A stretch of 37,148 nucleotides of DNA from Sulfolobales archaeon. Its GTDB lineage: Archaea > Thermoproteota > Thermoprotei_A > Sulfolobales > NBVN01. The notes beneath the pieces are model-generated. The model saw only the letters and a program-made list of their open reading frames with translations, had not been told where the DNA came from and ran no database searches. The translations under genes were made by a program, and so were the position numbers. The DNA lies in the NCBI GenBank assembly GCA_038841535.1, contig JAWBTQ010000012.1, positions 1 through 37,148 on the forward strand. Reading direction: 5' to 3'. Numbering within the stretch: position 1 is the stretch's first letter; the number at the start of each line of letters is the position of its first letter. Below, piece after piece: positions 28,101 through 36,694 of the stretch.

Positions 28101-29747
28101 GGTGCTTTAGTGCCGATCTCATGGGGTTGGTTAAACAATTACAATGTCTTCCCTAATACTGAAAACGCTACTTACGTAGTTACTGTAGCTAATAGAATTC
28201 CCTATAGCGTTACTGGAGTAATGGTCGAACTCTACCTACCACAAGGATTTAGGGGGAATAGGGGAAGTGTTTCAATAGCTTACGTAGATGGTCCTATAAG
28301 GAGCTACTCTTCTGTTAACATTGGATATAGAGTATCTGTAGGTAACGTCGCTCCAGGCACCTATAGTGCCGTAATGAGGCTAGACTATGTAGTCTTATCA
28401 GGTGGGCCGGGGGTTAGGGTTGCGGTAGAGCATAAGGTAGAGATAGTTATAGTAGACGATAGTAGAGCTGTAGAAGTTGTTAGCACCAGTTGGCTAGAGG
28501 GATCGGTTGAGCCAGGTACGTATGGAGCACTACTAAACCTAGTAGTTAGAAACAATTTCGTTGACGGCATGACCGGTGTGTTTCTGCAACTAGAGCTTCC
28601 GAGAGGTGTCTTCAGCTCGATAGATAACACCAGTACCGTGAGGCTACCCCCGATTTCACAACAAGTTATCCAGAGTTTAGTGGGAACTGGAAGGCTTCAA
28701 CAGACCGTCCTCACTCAGCTTTTGCAGCAAGTATCCGCTGCATCCACCTCGCATAGTAGGGGAGACATGATCAATTTCGTAGTTCCATTGAATCTACTTG
28801 TAAACGCTACTGGGACATATGTCGCTAACGCTACGCTGTACTACATTGATAGCTGGGGCACACCTAGGCAGTGTAAGTTCGAGGTGCCTCTAACGGTTCT
28901 TGGTAGTACGAGGTACGTTGAAGCGTACCTTGATGGCGGTACTCTGCGGATATCGTCAAGGTTTACGCAAGCTGTATTAAAGCTTCGAAACGTTGGTAGT
29001 AGTCCAGCATACAACGTTTATGTGACGATCTATCCGATTGCTCAGCTACCGGTATTGATAGCTTCTCCCGCAGTAAACTACGTCGATAAGATAGACCCGA
29101 ATCGAGATGTCGAGCTAGTTCTCACACTCGTCTACAACCCGATGGGTGTCTACGTCACGGGGGCCCAAACCATTGTTTCTTACGGTACAGTGCCTTTACT
29201 TGTTGGAGTAATATATAGGGACGTTAGTGGTAGGCCGAAGATGTTTAACACAACGCTAGTCGTTGTAGTAGAGCCGTTCGTAGATCTAGTACTGAGAGAC
29301 ACGAGAGCGGTAGTATCTGCTGGAACTATTCGAGCATCGGGAGTCGTAGTCAACTACGGTTCAGCAACAGCATTCAGAGCCGGTGTGCGAATCTGTACAC
29401 ACACAAACGAGTGCGCCGAGAGCTTCATAGGTGATATAGAGCCAGGAGCTCAAAGAGCTTTTAGTGTGAGCATAATGACTCAGGCCTCTGTTAGGAATGT
29501 GAACTTAACTCTATTCTACTACAATGCGTACAACGAGCTACAGTATTTTACGTATAGTTTACCAGTTAGTGCTGCTACGACACCGACCTCGGCTACTACT
29601 CCAGCAGAGCAACTCTTCGTTACCGAGAGGTGGGTAGCTATAGCTGCGGTAGCAGGATTTCTGGCAGTTGTAGCGTTCATAATCTATAAGGTCGCATCAA
29701 GCTACTACAGAAAGCTAAAAACCGCCTCTGAGGTGCCGCCTCCGTGA
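25116..29747 (+). CDS. Large membrane-anchored surface glycoprotein with tandem Ig-like modules (COG1361-like)
   Basis: Sec signal peptide; at least 10 modules of about 120 aa starting W-x(3-6)-[YF]PG-like; LELPxG motifs; many N-x-S/T sequons; T/P-rich linker, C-terminal TM helix and basic tail. Confidence 0.8.
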   Translation: MRKCVRLIAVLTLLSLFSPLVPAISQTNVFSVESTSFRSSTGGSVYPGSTGARLVVGVRYLGADPARSVHGCIDLPAGFSVQYRCVGARDLNGSIAAYVYYGDVVYFNYIVDVDKLVAPTAYTAKLNVSARVGTSLVSELLEVYVYVSPYPKLQLELSDAYWSPEAYPGTTGTNLYLVFRVNDVRIDSASIIVELPEGFYPRAIRRSLGAVSRYSTLTVVVPGVSLSRNLVPGPYTILVKVNATAVTDDDVYYDTSITTQVQVQVSNPPQLLLKLVSSGWVGPRVPYGSKSSDYRAIFRLDDSATISSIVARLRLPACARSSNESSSIVTYVNRPIAYGEVFELLFSDITVECRSTAVAELTLEALVAKDGSEFWVTQTYTIPMTIQNPSIDVRVVASYWSPGPAYPGSSRLSLTLIIENYDYVSLYGSVVKLFSEILEPRESTVSNVAISSFSRSTVVFSGLSIPRTVAPGEYNLGVLLDSLVNSGGTIYAVTVEFYVRTRVVEPPTPNLEVVDYGWADGKAFGHSIGNTLRLHMRNSDPSVAIRSLKATLHLPECFKIDEISKTLTLSATVAYGSTVTLEFKNIDIFCDGGTYRANLTVEVIGEIAGSSFWQDLAYSLVLYVESPVLNVDVLSAGWVSGLAYSNSSRLTPYITFISYTRESLASAVVYVKPINARLSDGSTETAVAVREPVPYGSSFTVRLPTLEVDNVDGSVKLELLVIALVRYGQSLYNASRKIDVELPLVYENNLVVSWSQVEYGGSPSPLLPTARGVRVSTLITNQRSEPICITRIKTVTPLGLKVLGIEGDCSRVTLAGGGTCTLSVVLQIQDDVKPSTYTLELEVEYVKTIAGASLYNTEVLSIPLLVEALEDYTPDVRLFEAFWGVQQPVPAFPNSRYVPVTIVFQNLGRYDAVSVSARAGSDLLTPIVDSAACAARLPQGGTCSIVLYFDIPASTRGFLQLNVSLEYYMTAFGTNARIVKLYSVQLYVEPFEQYGGALVPISWGWLNNYNVFPNTENATYVVTVANRIPYSVTGVMVELYLPQGFRGNRGSVSIAYVDGPIRSYSSVNIGYRVSVGNVAPGTYSAVMRLDYVVLSGGPGVRVAVEHKVEIVIVDDSRAVEVVSTSWLEGSVEPGTYGALLNLVVRNNFVDGMTGVFLQLELPRGVFSSIDNTSTVRLPPISQQVIQSLVGTGRLQQTVLTQLLQQVSAASTSHSRGDMINFVVPLNLLVNATGTYVANATLYYIDSWGTPRQCKFEVPLTVLGSTRYVEAYLDGGTLRISSRFTQAVLKLRNVGSSPAYNVYVTIYPIAQLPVLIASPAVNYVDKIDPNRDVELVLTLVYNPMGVYVTGAQTIVSYGTVPLLVGVIYRDVSGRPKMFNTTLVVVVEPFVDLVLRDTRAVVSAGTIRASGVVVNYGSATAFRAGVRICTHTNECAESFIGDIEPGAQRAFSVSIMTQASVRNVNLTLFYYNAYNELQYFTYSLPVSAATTPTSATTPAEQLFVTERWVAIAAVAGFLAVVAFIIYKVASSYYRKLKTASEVPPP

Positions 29748-30967
29748 GCGCAGTCCGTTTCCTACTTGACTCAGTTAGCATGTCCACCAAGGTTTTAGGG
29801 GAGAGGAAGCTTAGGTCAGCACTAACTATATCCGGCATAGTGGTCGGGCCACTAATCATGGTAATGATGGGGTCGATCGTTAGTGGCTACTCAAACTACG
29901 TATTGAGTGAGCTTCAGTCTCTAGGTCAAAACGTGGTCGTAGTGTTTCCATCGGGAACGTACGACTTATCAGAGCAAGACCTTGACTTCGTTAGGTCCTT
30001 CGAGTACGTAGAGGCTGCCGAGCCTTTCTACACCCTCCAGGGTGTTGCCAGAAGGTGTGGTTCCGATATCTCGGTTTATGTATACGCGATCAGGTCGAGC
30101 ATAATATTTAGAGCTATGGGTAACCTTAAGGTTAAGGAAGGAGATGTCCCACCCGAAGGTGACCTGGTGAGTGCCATAATCGGGTACAAAGTAGCTATAT
30201 CAGACGACACTAGGTGCTTGGAGGTCGGCGATGTTCTATCCCTATATATAGCCGAGGTAGAAGGAGGGAGAATTAAGAATGTTAAAAGCGTTAGCTTCGT
30301 AGTCTCAGCCGTACTAGAGGAGTACGGTGGGGCATTCCTACTCAGTCCGGACCAGATGGTCATAGTCAACACGGAATCGGGGAGGGCCATACTCGGCGCT
30401 AAAAAGTGGTCTGGCATATTCGTTGTACTTAGGAGCTCTGAGTTTGTGAGGGACTTCCTCAGGGATATGAGGAGGTCGTACGGGGGTAACGTAGAGCTAG
30501 TCTCATTTGCCGCAATAGCGGACGCCGTTTCTAGTGTTACGACGGCTGTATCATTCATTAACTACGTAACCTCACTGTCCGCATTTGCTGTTGCCGTAGC
30601 TGGAGTTTCTGCCACAATGATAACTTCGGTAATAGAGAGAACTAGAGAGATAGGTGTAATGAAAGCAGTTGGATTTACTAATCGCCAGGTAGTGTTCATG
30701 ATACTCTCAGAGTCCCTCGTGATGTGTCTTCTAGGTGCTTCAATCGGGATATCCCTAGGGATCGCGGGTGCCTTCGCACTCTCCAAAACGGGCTTAACAA
30801 TAAGAGCGGGAACAGCCAGCTTAGTGCTTACGGCGAGACCAGACATAACCTTCGAACGCCTCGCATCAACAGCGGGACTAACAGTAGTCGTCGGCCTCAT
30901 CGGGGGCTCTTTCCCAGCGTATTTAGCAGCTAGAATACCCCCGGCAGTAGCCTTGAGGTATGAGTAG
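29744..30967 (+). CDS. ABC transporter permease, MacB/SalY/FtsX-like
   Basis: RKLRSALTISGI, large extracellular loop, TMITSVIERTREIGVMKAVG, PAYLAARIPPAVALRYE; GTGA overlap with the surface protein gene. Confidence 0.93.
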   Translation: MSAVRFLLDSVSMSTKVLGERKLRSALTISGIVVGPLIMVMMGSIVSGYSNYVLSELQSLGQNVVVVFPSGTYDLSEQDLDFVRSFEYVEAAEPFYTLQGVARRCGSDISVYVYAIRSSIIFRAMGNLKVKEGDVPPEGDLVSAIIGYKVAISDDTRCLEVGDVLSLYIAEVEGGRIKNVKSVSFVVSAVLEEYGGAFLLSPDQMVIVNTESGRAILGAKKWSGIFVVLRSSEFVRDFLRDMRRSYGGNVELVSFAAIADAVSSVTTAVSFINYVTSLSAFAVAVAGVSATMITSVIERTREIGVMKAVGFTNRQVVFMILSESLVMCLLGASIGISLGIAGAFALSKTGLTIRAGTASLVLTARPDITFERLASTAGLTVVVGLIGGSFPAYLAARIPPAVALRYE

Positions 30968-30975
30968 GGAGTCAT

Positions 30976-31728
30976 ATGCCGTTTGTTCGAGAGATTTCCT
31001 CCGAGATAAATAAGGTCATCGCAGAACTCAAGAAGGCTCTCAGCATCGAGAACCTAGACATACTGATTGCTCAATCTGAAGTCAGAAACCTAGGTGAGAC
31101 GAAAGTCGTAGTCAAGAGGTTTACTAGTGAAATCGGCTTACTGAAGTGGCTACCTCCCGCGATCTTACTTAGAGCCAGCTACCCCTTCGCTCTTACTCCG
31201 AGAGAGAGGTTTAAACGTGAAACCAAGTTCATGGATTACAGCGGGTGGCAGAGATTTCGGTGCCCTAAGATATATAGTGTTGACGAAGAAGAACTCGTCA
31301 TTATGCGTGAATACATCGATGGAGTTCCACTCAGATGCGATAGGCTAGCTGATGTCGTAATACTCGGGAGAGTCTTAGCTGAGATACATAGTAAAGGGTT
31401 CAGCATGGGAGACGTAAAGCCAACTAACTTCTTGATAAGCAGCGGAGTACCCTACGTTATAGATGCCGAACAGTCTACACCGTTTAGGGATGAGTTAGGT
31501 AGCTGGGATATAGCAGTAGCGGCATTCTTTATATCGCTATCCAGCTATGTAGAGGTGACTAAGTTCAGAGAGCTCTTCGATGAGTTCTCTAAGGCATACC
31601 TACAGTCTGGGGGATCTGCAGAATCGTACTGCGATCTATTATCTCCTAGAAACGCCGTAATGATGACCTTCATGCCACTACCTAACACCCTCATCTTATC
31701 TGAAGTTAGAAAGAGTTACTGCCGGTAG
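30976..31728 (+). CDS. Bud32/RIO-like protein kinase-fold protein
   Basis: VVVKRF, RFKRE, MREYIDG, catalytic loop GDVKPTNF, IDAEQ. Confidence 0.8.
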   Translation: MPFVREISSEINKVIAELKKALSIENLDILIAQSEVRNLGETKVVVKRFTSEIGLLKWLPPAILLRASYPFALTPRERFKRETKFMDYSGWQRFRCPKIYSVDEEELVIMREYIDGVPLRCDRLADVVILGRVLAEIHSKGFSMGDVKPTNFLISSGVPYVIDAEQSTPFRDELGSWDIAVAAFFISLSSYVEVTKFRELFDEFSKAYLQSGGSAESYCDLLSPRNAVMMTFMPLPNTLILSEVRKSYCR

Positions 31729-31942
31729 AACCCAAGCACCGAGATCACTTAGGTCCTAGAAGGGGATATGCCCGCACGGAGCCCTTAGGTACTCCCCATA
31801 CTAGTCCTCAGCAGGTCTCTAGTTAAAGCCTTTACTCAAGTATACTGAGAAACTACGGGCCGCTTGTTCGAATAAGAGAAACCCCCCTCATGCGTAGACG
31901 GATTCGAGTGAGTCAAGTTATTTACCTCGGTATGGCAATATA

Positions 31943-32773
31943 GTGGGCTATCCGATGAGGTATAGCGTGCCCGACTACCTGCTGGTAGACGCTGAGAAGA
32001 CTGTGGAGGCCATAACGAGCTTCATTAGGGGCTACGTTGAGGGGAGTAGGTCGTCTGGTGTTGTATTAGGTCTCAGTGGTGGAACTGATTCGTCTGTGCT
32101 AGCAGCTCTCACTGTAAGGGCTCTGGGAGTAGACAGAGTAACCGCCCTCATAATGCCTGAAAGAGAGAGCTCCCCTACGAGTATATCTGATGCCGAAGAA
32201 GTGGCGAGAATATTGAAGTTAAAGCCTCTTAGAATAGATATCACTGAAGGAGTTAATTTCGTTTTAAGGTCTTTCGGTGACTCTTATGAGGCCTCGCCGA
32301 GGTTAGCTAAGGCAAACGTTAAAGCTAGACTCAGAATGGTGATGCTTTACTACCTAGCTAATAAAACTAACTCCCTAGTCTTAGCCTCCTCGGATAGATC
32401 TGAGTGGCTACTAGGGTACTTCACTAAGTGGGGTGATGGAGCGGCTGATCTATACCCTCTACTTAACCTATATAAGACTCAAATTAGGTTACTAGGGGAC
32501 TACCTAGGGATTCCGGAGCACATAGTATGGAAGCCTTCATCTCCAGACCTATGGCCAGGACATAAGGCGTCTAACGAGTTGGGCGCGGATTACGACGTCA
32601 TAGACCCAGTACTATATCTCTACGTGGATAGAGGGATGCGTGTAGAGGAGATTGCGAGAATGATCGGTGTAGAGCAAGGGCTAGTAAGCAGTATAGTTTC
32701 GAGAATTTCTGCATACGAACACAAAAGAAGGTTTACTGCGGGTCCTCCACCTGTGAGGGTCCTACAACCGTAG
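31943..32773 (+). CDS. nadE: NH3-dependent NAD+ synthetase
   Basis: GLSGGTDS, NVKARLRM, GYFTKWGDG, LYKTQI, KPSSPDLW; no glutaminase domain. Start may be ATG 31955. Confidence 0.95.
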   Translation: MGYPMRYSVPDYLLVDAEKTVEAITSFIRGYVEGSRSSGVVLGLSGGTDSSVLAALTVRALGVDRVTALIMPERESSPTSISDAEEVARILKLKPLRIDITEGVNFVLRSFGDSYEASPRLAKANVKARLRMVMLYYLANKTNSLVLASSDRSEWLLGYFTKWGDGAADLYPLLNLYKTQIRLLGDYLGIPEHIVWKPSSPDLWPGHKASNELGADYDVIDPVLYLYVDRGMRVEEIARMIGVEQGLVSSIVSRISAYEHKRRFTAGPPPVRVLQP

Positions 32774-32788
32774 TGGTGGAGCTTTAGT

Positions 32789-33940
32789 ATGTGGAGAATC
32801 TTCTACTCGATAGCTGCCACCTTAAACACTATCACGTGGGGTGTCTACTTCTCGTTTACTCGTAGGTATATAGGGGTAGACCTAGGTGGGGGGATACATG
32901 CTTTACTCCTCTTAACCGGGTTAGAGTGGCTGTACGTTCTCTTCGCTCTAGTAGCCGCAAGGTTTTCTAGATCGATTGGAAAAAGAAACAGTGTATTAGC
33001 CGGAGCTCTAGGGAGCGTACCTCTAGCTATATCGATAACGCTAAGGGACCCAACAAGCTTGGCACTAATTCTCAGTACTACGTCGCTCGCGTGGGCTATT
33101 ACTTGGCCCTTAGTTGTGACTGCGGTGTTTTCAGGAACTAACGCAAAGTTCGGAAAGGTCTACAGTTTGTTTACTATAGGTACTGGCTTTGGTTACAGTG
33201 TTGGTTCATCCATCATGGGGCTATTACACTACGTAGGCGGGCCTAAACTAGTGTTTGCCTTTTGCTCGATTCTGCATGTAGCAACTTACACTATATTCTA
33301 CGCGTTCTACCCTAAAAGCGAGGATACCGAGCCCGCTAGAGACCCCGTGCCAAAGGTTCCCTGGATGCGGAACCTCGGATGCGTGTTCACTGCGTATACT
33401 CTCCTAGTTTTCTGCCGAGAGGCGTATTACACTGTAGCTCCAATTAAGCTGAGTATGGAGATCTCGAGAATAATGAGCGAAACCTCTGTGGAGTCGCAGT
33501 ACATAGCTTTCGGTATTCTTTACGGGGGTCTAACAGCTTTTCTCTCGATTCCAGCAAGGCTGGCTGTAGGATACTTAGTCGATAGGTACGAACCTTGGAT
33601 GCTTATAGCTACTTCATTTGCCCTGTATACAGCAAGCTACTGGTTGTTCATATCGCTAGAGGGAATTGCCTCAATTTTTGTGTGGCAACTACCGTTATAC
33701 CCAGTAGTAGATACATCAATAAACGTACTTCTCGCTAAAAGCTCATCAGGTGATAGTAGAACTCACGCACTAGGTGCGGGACTAGCTTTTAGTGCGATAG
33801 GGGGGCTAGGGGTTTTACCCTTGATAGCCCACCCCCATATAGACCCTATTTCGATTGGCACACTCATAACGCTCTCAGCCCTCCTCGGGCTCGTAATCAC
33901 GGCCTATAGGCTCGCTCTAAGGCGTAGTCGCAGCTACTGA
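32789..33940 (+). CDS. MFS transporter
   Basis: About 12 hydrophobic segments; motif-A-like ARFSRSIGKR and GYLVDRYEP. Confidence 0.8.
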   Translation: MWRIFYSIAATLNTITWGVYFSFTRRYIGVDLGGGIHALLLLTGLEWLYVLFALVAARFSRSIGKRNSVLAGALGSVPLAISITLRDPTSLALILSTTSLAWAITWPLVVTAVFSGTNAKFGKVYSLFTIGTGFGYSVGSSIMGLLHYVGGPKLVFAFCSILHVATYTIFYAFYPKSEDTEPARDPVPKVPWMRNLGCVFTAYTLLVFCREAYYTVAPIKLSMEISRIMSETSVESQYIAFGILYGGLTAFLSIPARLAVGYLVDRYEPWMLIATSFALYTASYWLFISLEGIASIFVWQLPLYPVVDTSINVLLAKSSSGDSRTHALGAGLAFSAIGGLGVLPLIAHPHIDPISIGTLITLSALLGLVITAYRLALRRSRSY

Positions 33941-34052
33941 TTTTGAGGTTAATTAGCTGTAGCTCGGTTCTTAGTAGAGAGATAGTGGCTGCTGTCATTG
34001 CGAAGTGTTTTTATGCTTACTACAAGATCATCAGTAGAGTTGGTCGTAACTT

Positions 34053-34790
34053 ATGTTTGGAGAGCTTGATAGAGGGGAGCTTAGGTACAGGATATGGAAG
34101 CTTATGGAGGAATCAGGTGTGGCTTCGTTTCCTAGGCCTGTCTTCGGTAGAATACCGAACTTCGTAGGTTCAGATTTAGCTGCGATAAGACTAGCTGAAG
34201 CAGAGGTATTTAAGAAGGCCAGAGTCGTAAAAGTAAATCCAGACGCCCCCCAGAGAAAGGTTAGAGAACTTGTTTTAAGGGCCGGTAAGCTCCTAGTTAT
34301 GCCAACTCCCAGGATCTCAGAAGGGTTCCTCGTTCTTGACCCAAGAAGAATACCCAGCTGGCTGTATCGGGATGCCTCCACTATATCGGGCTCCTTTAGG
34401 TATGGCACTATAGTAGACCCAAGTCAGCTACCAGAAGTCGACTTAGTTATCGCAGGCTCAGTTGTTGTAAATACGTATGGAGAAAGACTTGGTAAGGGGG
34501 AGGGGTACTCAGAAATAGAGTACGGTATACTAACTGAGTACGGGAAGCTGTCCGAAAACGTCCCAATAGTTACGACAGTTCACGACGTACAGGTCGTAAA
34601 CCACAGAATCCCCTTAGCCCCATGGGACATAACCATCGACTACATATTTACTCCAACGAGAGCAATAATGTGTGAAGGCGAGAGGAGGAGGCCGAAAGGT
34701 ATTCTTTGGGACTACTTAAGCCTCGATAAGATTAACGCCATTCCCGTACTGAGGGAACTAGCTAAAAGGAGGTTGCCTAGCTTTAGCTAG
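34053..34790 (+). CDS. 5-formyltetrahydrofolate cyclo-ligase family protein (archaeal/MTHFSD-like)
   Basis: FPRPVFGRIPNFVG, KVNPDAPQ, PTPR, RLGKGEGYSEIEYG, TTVHDVQV, DYIFTP. Confidence 0.88.
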   Translation: MFGELDRGELRYRIWKLMEESGVASFPRPVFGRIPNFVGSDLAAIRLAEAEVFKKARVVKVNPDAPQRKVRELVLRAGKLLVMPTPRISEGFLVLDPRRIPSWLYRDASTISGSFRYGTIVDPSQLPEVDLVIAGSVVVNTYGERLGKGEGYSEIEYGILTEYGKLSENVPIVTTVHDVQVVNHRIPLAPWDITIDYIFTPTRAIMCEGERRRPKGILWDYLSLDKINAIPVLRELAKRRLPSFS

Positions 34791-34931
34791 TATGACCACA
34801 CAAATACCACCCTCTAGTGCGTGATGGCGCCTACGAAGGTATCTCTATAACCTCCGTAGTGCCCTAGTGAACGGCTTTTACTGCTACTAGTAATTCTATT
34901 GAGTAGGGTGAGAGGTTGATATGCTACTTGC

Positions 34932-36449
34932 TTAGAGTGCTAAGAGGCTCCAAGCTGAGGCGATGATGCTGTGCCCAAGAAACACCGGTAGAGATATCTT
35001 TAACCACTTAATCCAGTTGATTCTCGCCTTACGTCTTCTTTCAACGATAGATACTGCGACTATGTTAGCCGTTGATCCGACAGGAGTAAGATTGCCCCCA
35101 AGAACCCCTCCGAAAAGTACTGACCAATAAATCTCTTTAAACACCATAATCTGAGCCACCAGCTTAACAGCGGGCATGAGAGCTACTACTAGAGATAGAT
35201 TGTCGAGGAACGCGCTAAGGATGGCTGAAGTAATCAGAAGGACGATGAGTACGGTGTGAGGCCCTGGGTATATAGACTGGGAAAGGGTTACCGTCGCATA
35301 CGCAACCTTTACCATAGCCCCACTCCACGTCAGGCTATAGCCTAGCATGAATAGGAACATGAAGAACGTGATCGACGGCCACTCGACGCCTTTAGCTAGT
35401 ACCTCCCCCAGTTCGGGAGCCCCTATGACAGGAAGTGTAAGTACTATGTAGAGGCAAGGTGTTAGAGCTAGGAGAGAGTTAGGGTCTACGTGGTAACCAG
35501 CAACTGTGGAAAGTACTTCAGCTAGCGCTGGACTCAGCGAAACAGTAACTAAGAACATTATGAGTAACACGAAACCGTAAGTTCTAGCCTTCTTCTCTTT
35601 AGGTGGTACATCAACTACTCTAGCTGTAATAAATGCCTCAAGCATGTCTGACCTCGAGGTAATAGCTTTCTCCAGGCCTCTAAGATACCCTACCTTAAAT
35701 ATCGCTAAGATGAGTAACGTAGTTATAAAGCAGAGTAACGAAAGAGGAAGTGCGTACCGAACGAACTCCCGAGCTGTAAAGCCGGATGTAAACGCTACGT
35801 AAACACCTATAGGGTTACCTACTGGAAGGGCGAGACTGCCGGCATTTGTTGAGAGAACTGCTAAGATAACTAAGTCCTCGGTCTCGACTTTCAACAAACG
35901 CCCGAGCTCCAATATGATCATGACTATGTACACTACGCTCGTAACCTCGTCTACAACCATTGCTGTAAACCACGCAAGAGCGGACAAGAGGATGATGAAA
36001 ATGTATACGCTTCCCCTGCTGTACTTAACTATGTGTGCTGCTAGGTACGTAAACACACCCATCTTCCTGAGTATCGTAGCGAAACTCATAGACCCTACCA
36101 AGAAGACTATGAGAGCCCAGTCAACGCTTTCTATTAGCCTCTGAGGTGGCGTTATCCCCAAAAAAGCTATTACCGAGACTGCTAGTAAGGCGAGAAAGTA
36201 CCTGTATCTCATGTCTAGAGCGATAACCGCTATCGTAAAGAGAAATAACCCGAGAGACACTATACCCTCAAAGACCGCGGTCGGAGAATCAATGGTTAGA
36301 CCACCCCTAATAACTTCCCACGTTTTTCTGAGTTCACCACCAACTCCATCTCGAGGTACGTTCAGGAATACTACAATTCCTGAAGAAATAAGCAAGCATG
36401 CTGCGAGTATTCCCGCTATCTTAACGACCTTACTTACGTCTTTTCCCAT
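34932..36449 (-). CDS. ArsB/NhaD/SLC13 (ion transporter superfamily) permease
   Basis: Many TM segments; repeated hairpin motifs VDEVT…NAGSLALPVGNP and FLDNL…GGNLTPVGSTAN. Confidence 0.87.
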   Translation of the reverse strand: MGKDVSKVVKIAGILAACLLISSGIVVFLNVPRDGVGGELRKTWEVIRGGLTIDSPTAVFEGIVSLGLFLFTIAVIALDMRYRYFLALLAVSVIAFLGITPPQRLIESVDWALIVFLVGSMSFATILRKMGVFTYLAAHIVKYSRGSVYIFIILLSALAWFTAMVVDEVTSVVYIVMIILELGRLLKVETEDLVILAVLSTNAGSLALPVGNPIGVYVAFTSGFTAREFVRYALPLSLLCFITTLLILAIFKVGYLRGLEKAITSRSDMLEAFITARVVDVPPKEKKARTYGFVLLIMFLVTVSLSPALAEVLSTVAGYHVDPNSLLALTPCLYIVLTLPVIGAPELGEVLAKGVEWPSITFFMFLFMLGYSLTWSGAMVKVAYATVTLSQSIYPGPHTVLIVLLITSAILSAFLDNLSLVVALMPAVKLVAQIMVFKEIYWSVLFGGVLGGNLTPVGSTANIVAVSIVERRRKARINWIKWLKISLPVFLGHSIIASAWSLLAL

Positions 36450-36694
36450 TTAGTGGACTACCTTATGTTAGCTTACTGGTTTAACCTTATAAGAGTTCTA
36501 TCAACTAAATGGAGTACTCAGGAAATCCTTAGTAGTAAATCTCGTCATCCGAGGTGGGGACTCTATGGCCGAGGTGCCTGCTTGTGTTAGAAGCTCAGTG
36601 TGCGGAACTTGTTGAAGCTAACGCAGTGAAGGCTAGTTCAAGTGACGAACGCAAATAATAAAGTTGAAGGTATACTGTACGTGAGGGGTTTCAG

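Noticed and set aside
227-36453. Many short antisense or nested ORFs in the track (e.g. 749-1144, 4872-5210, 30076-30558, 34031-34408)
   Set aside because: They lie opposite or inside well-supported genes, have Ser/Thr/Leu-rich shadow composition and show no motifs.
36518-36549. Minus-strand ATGACGA…CTGA C/D-like pair
   Set aside because: Only 20 nt between the boxes, no convincing target, and it lies in a divergent promoter region.
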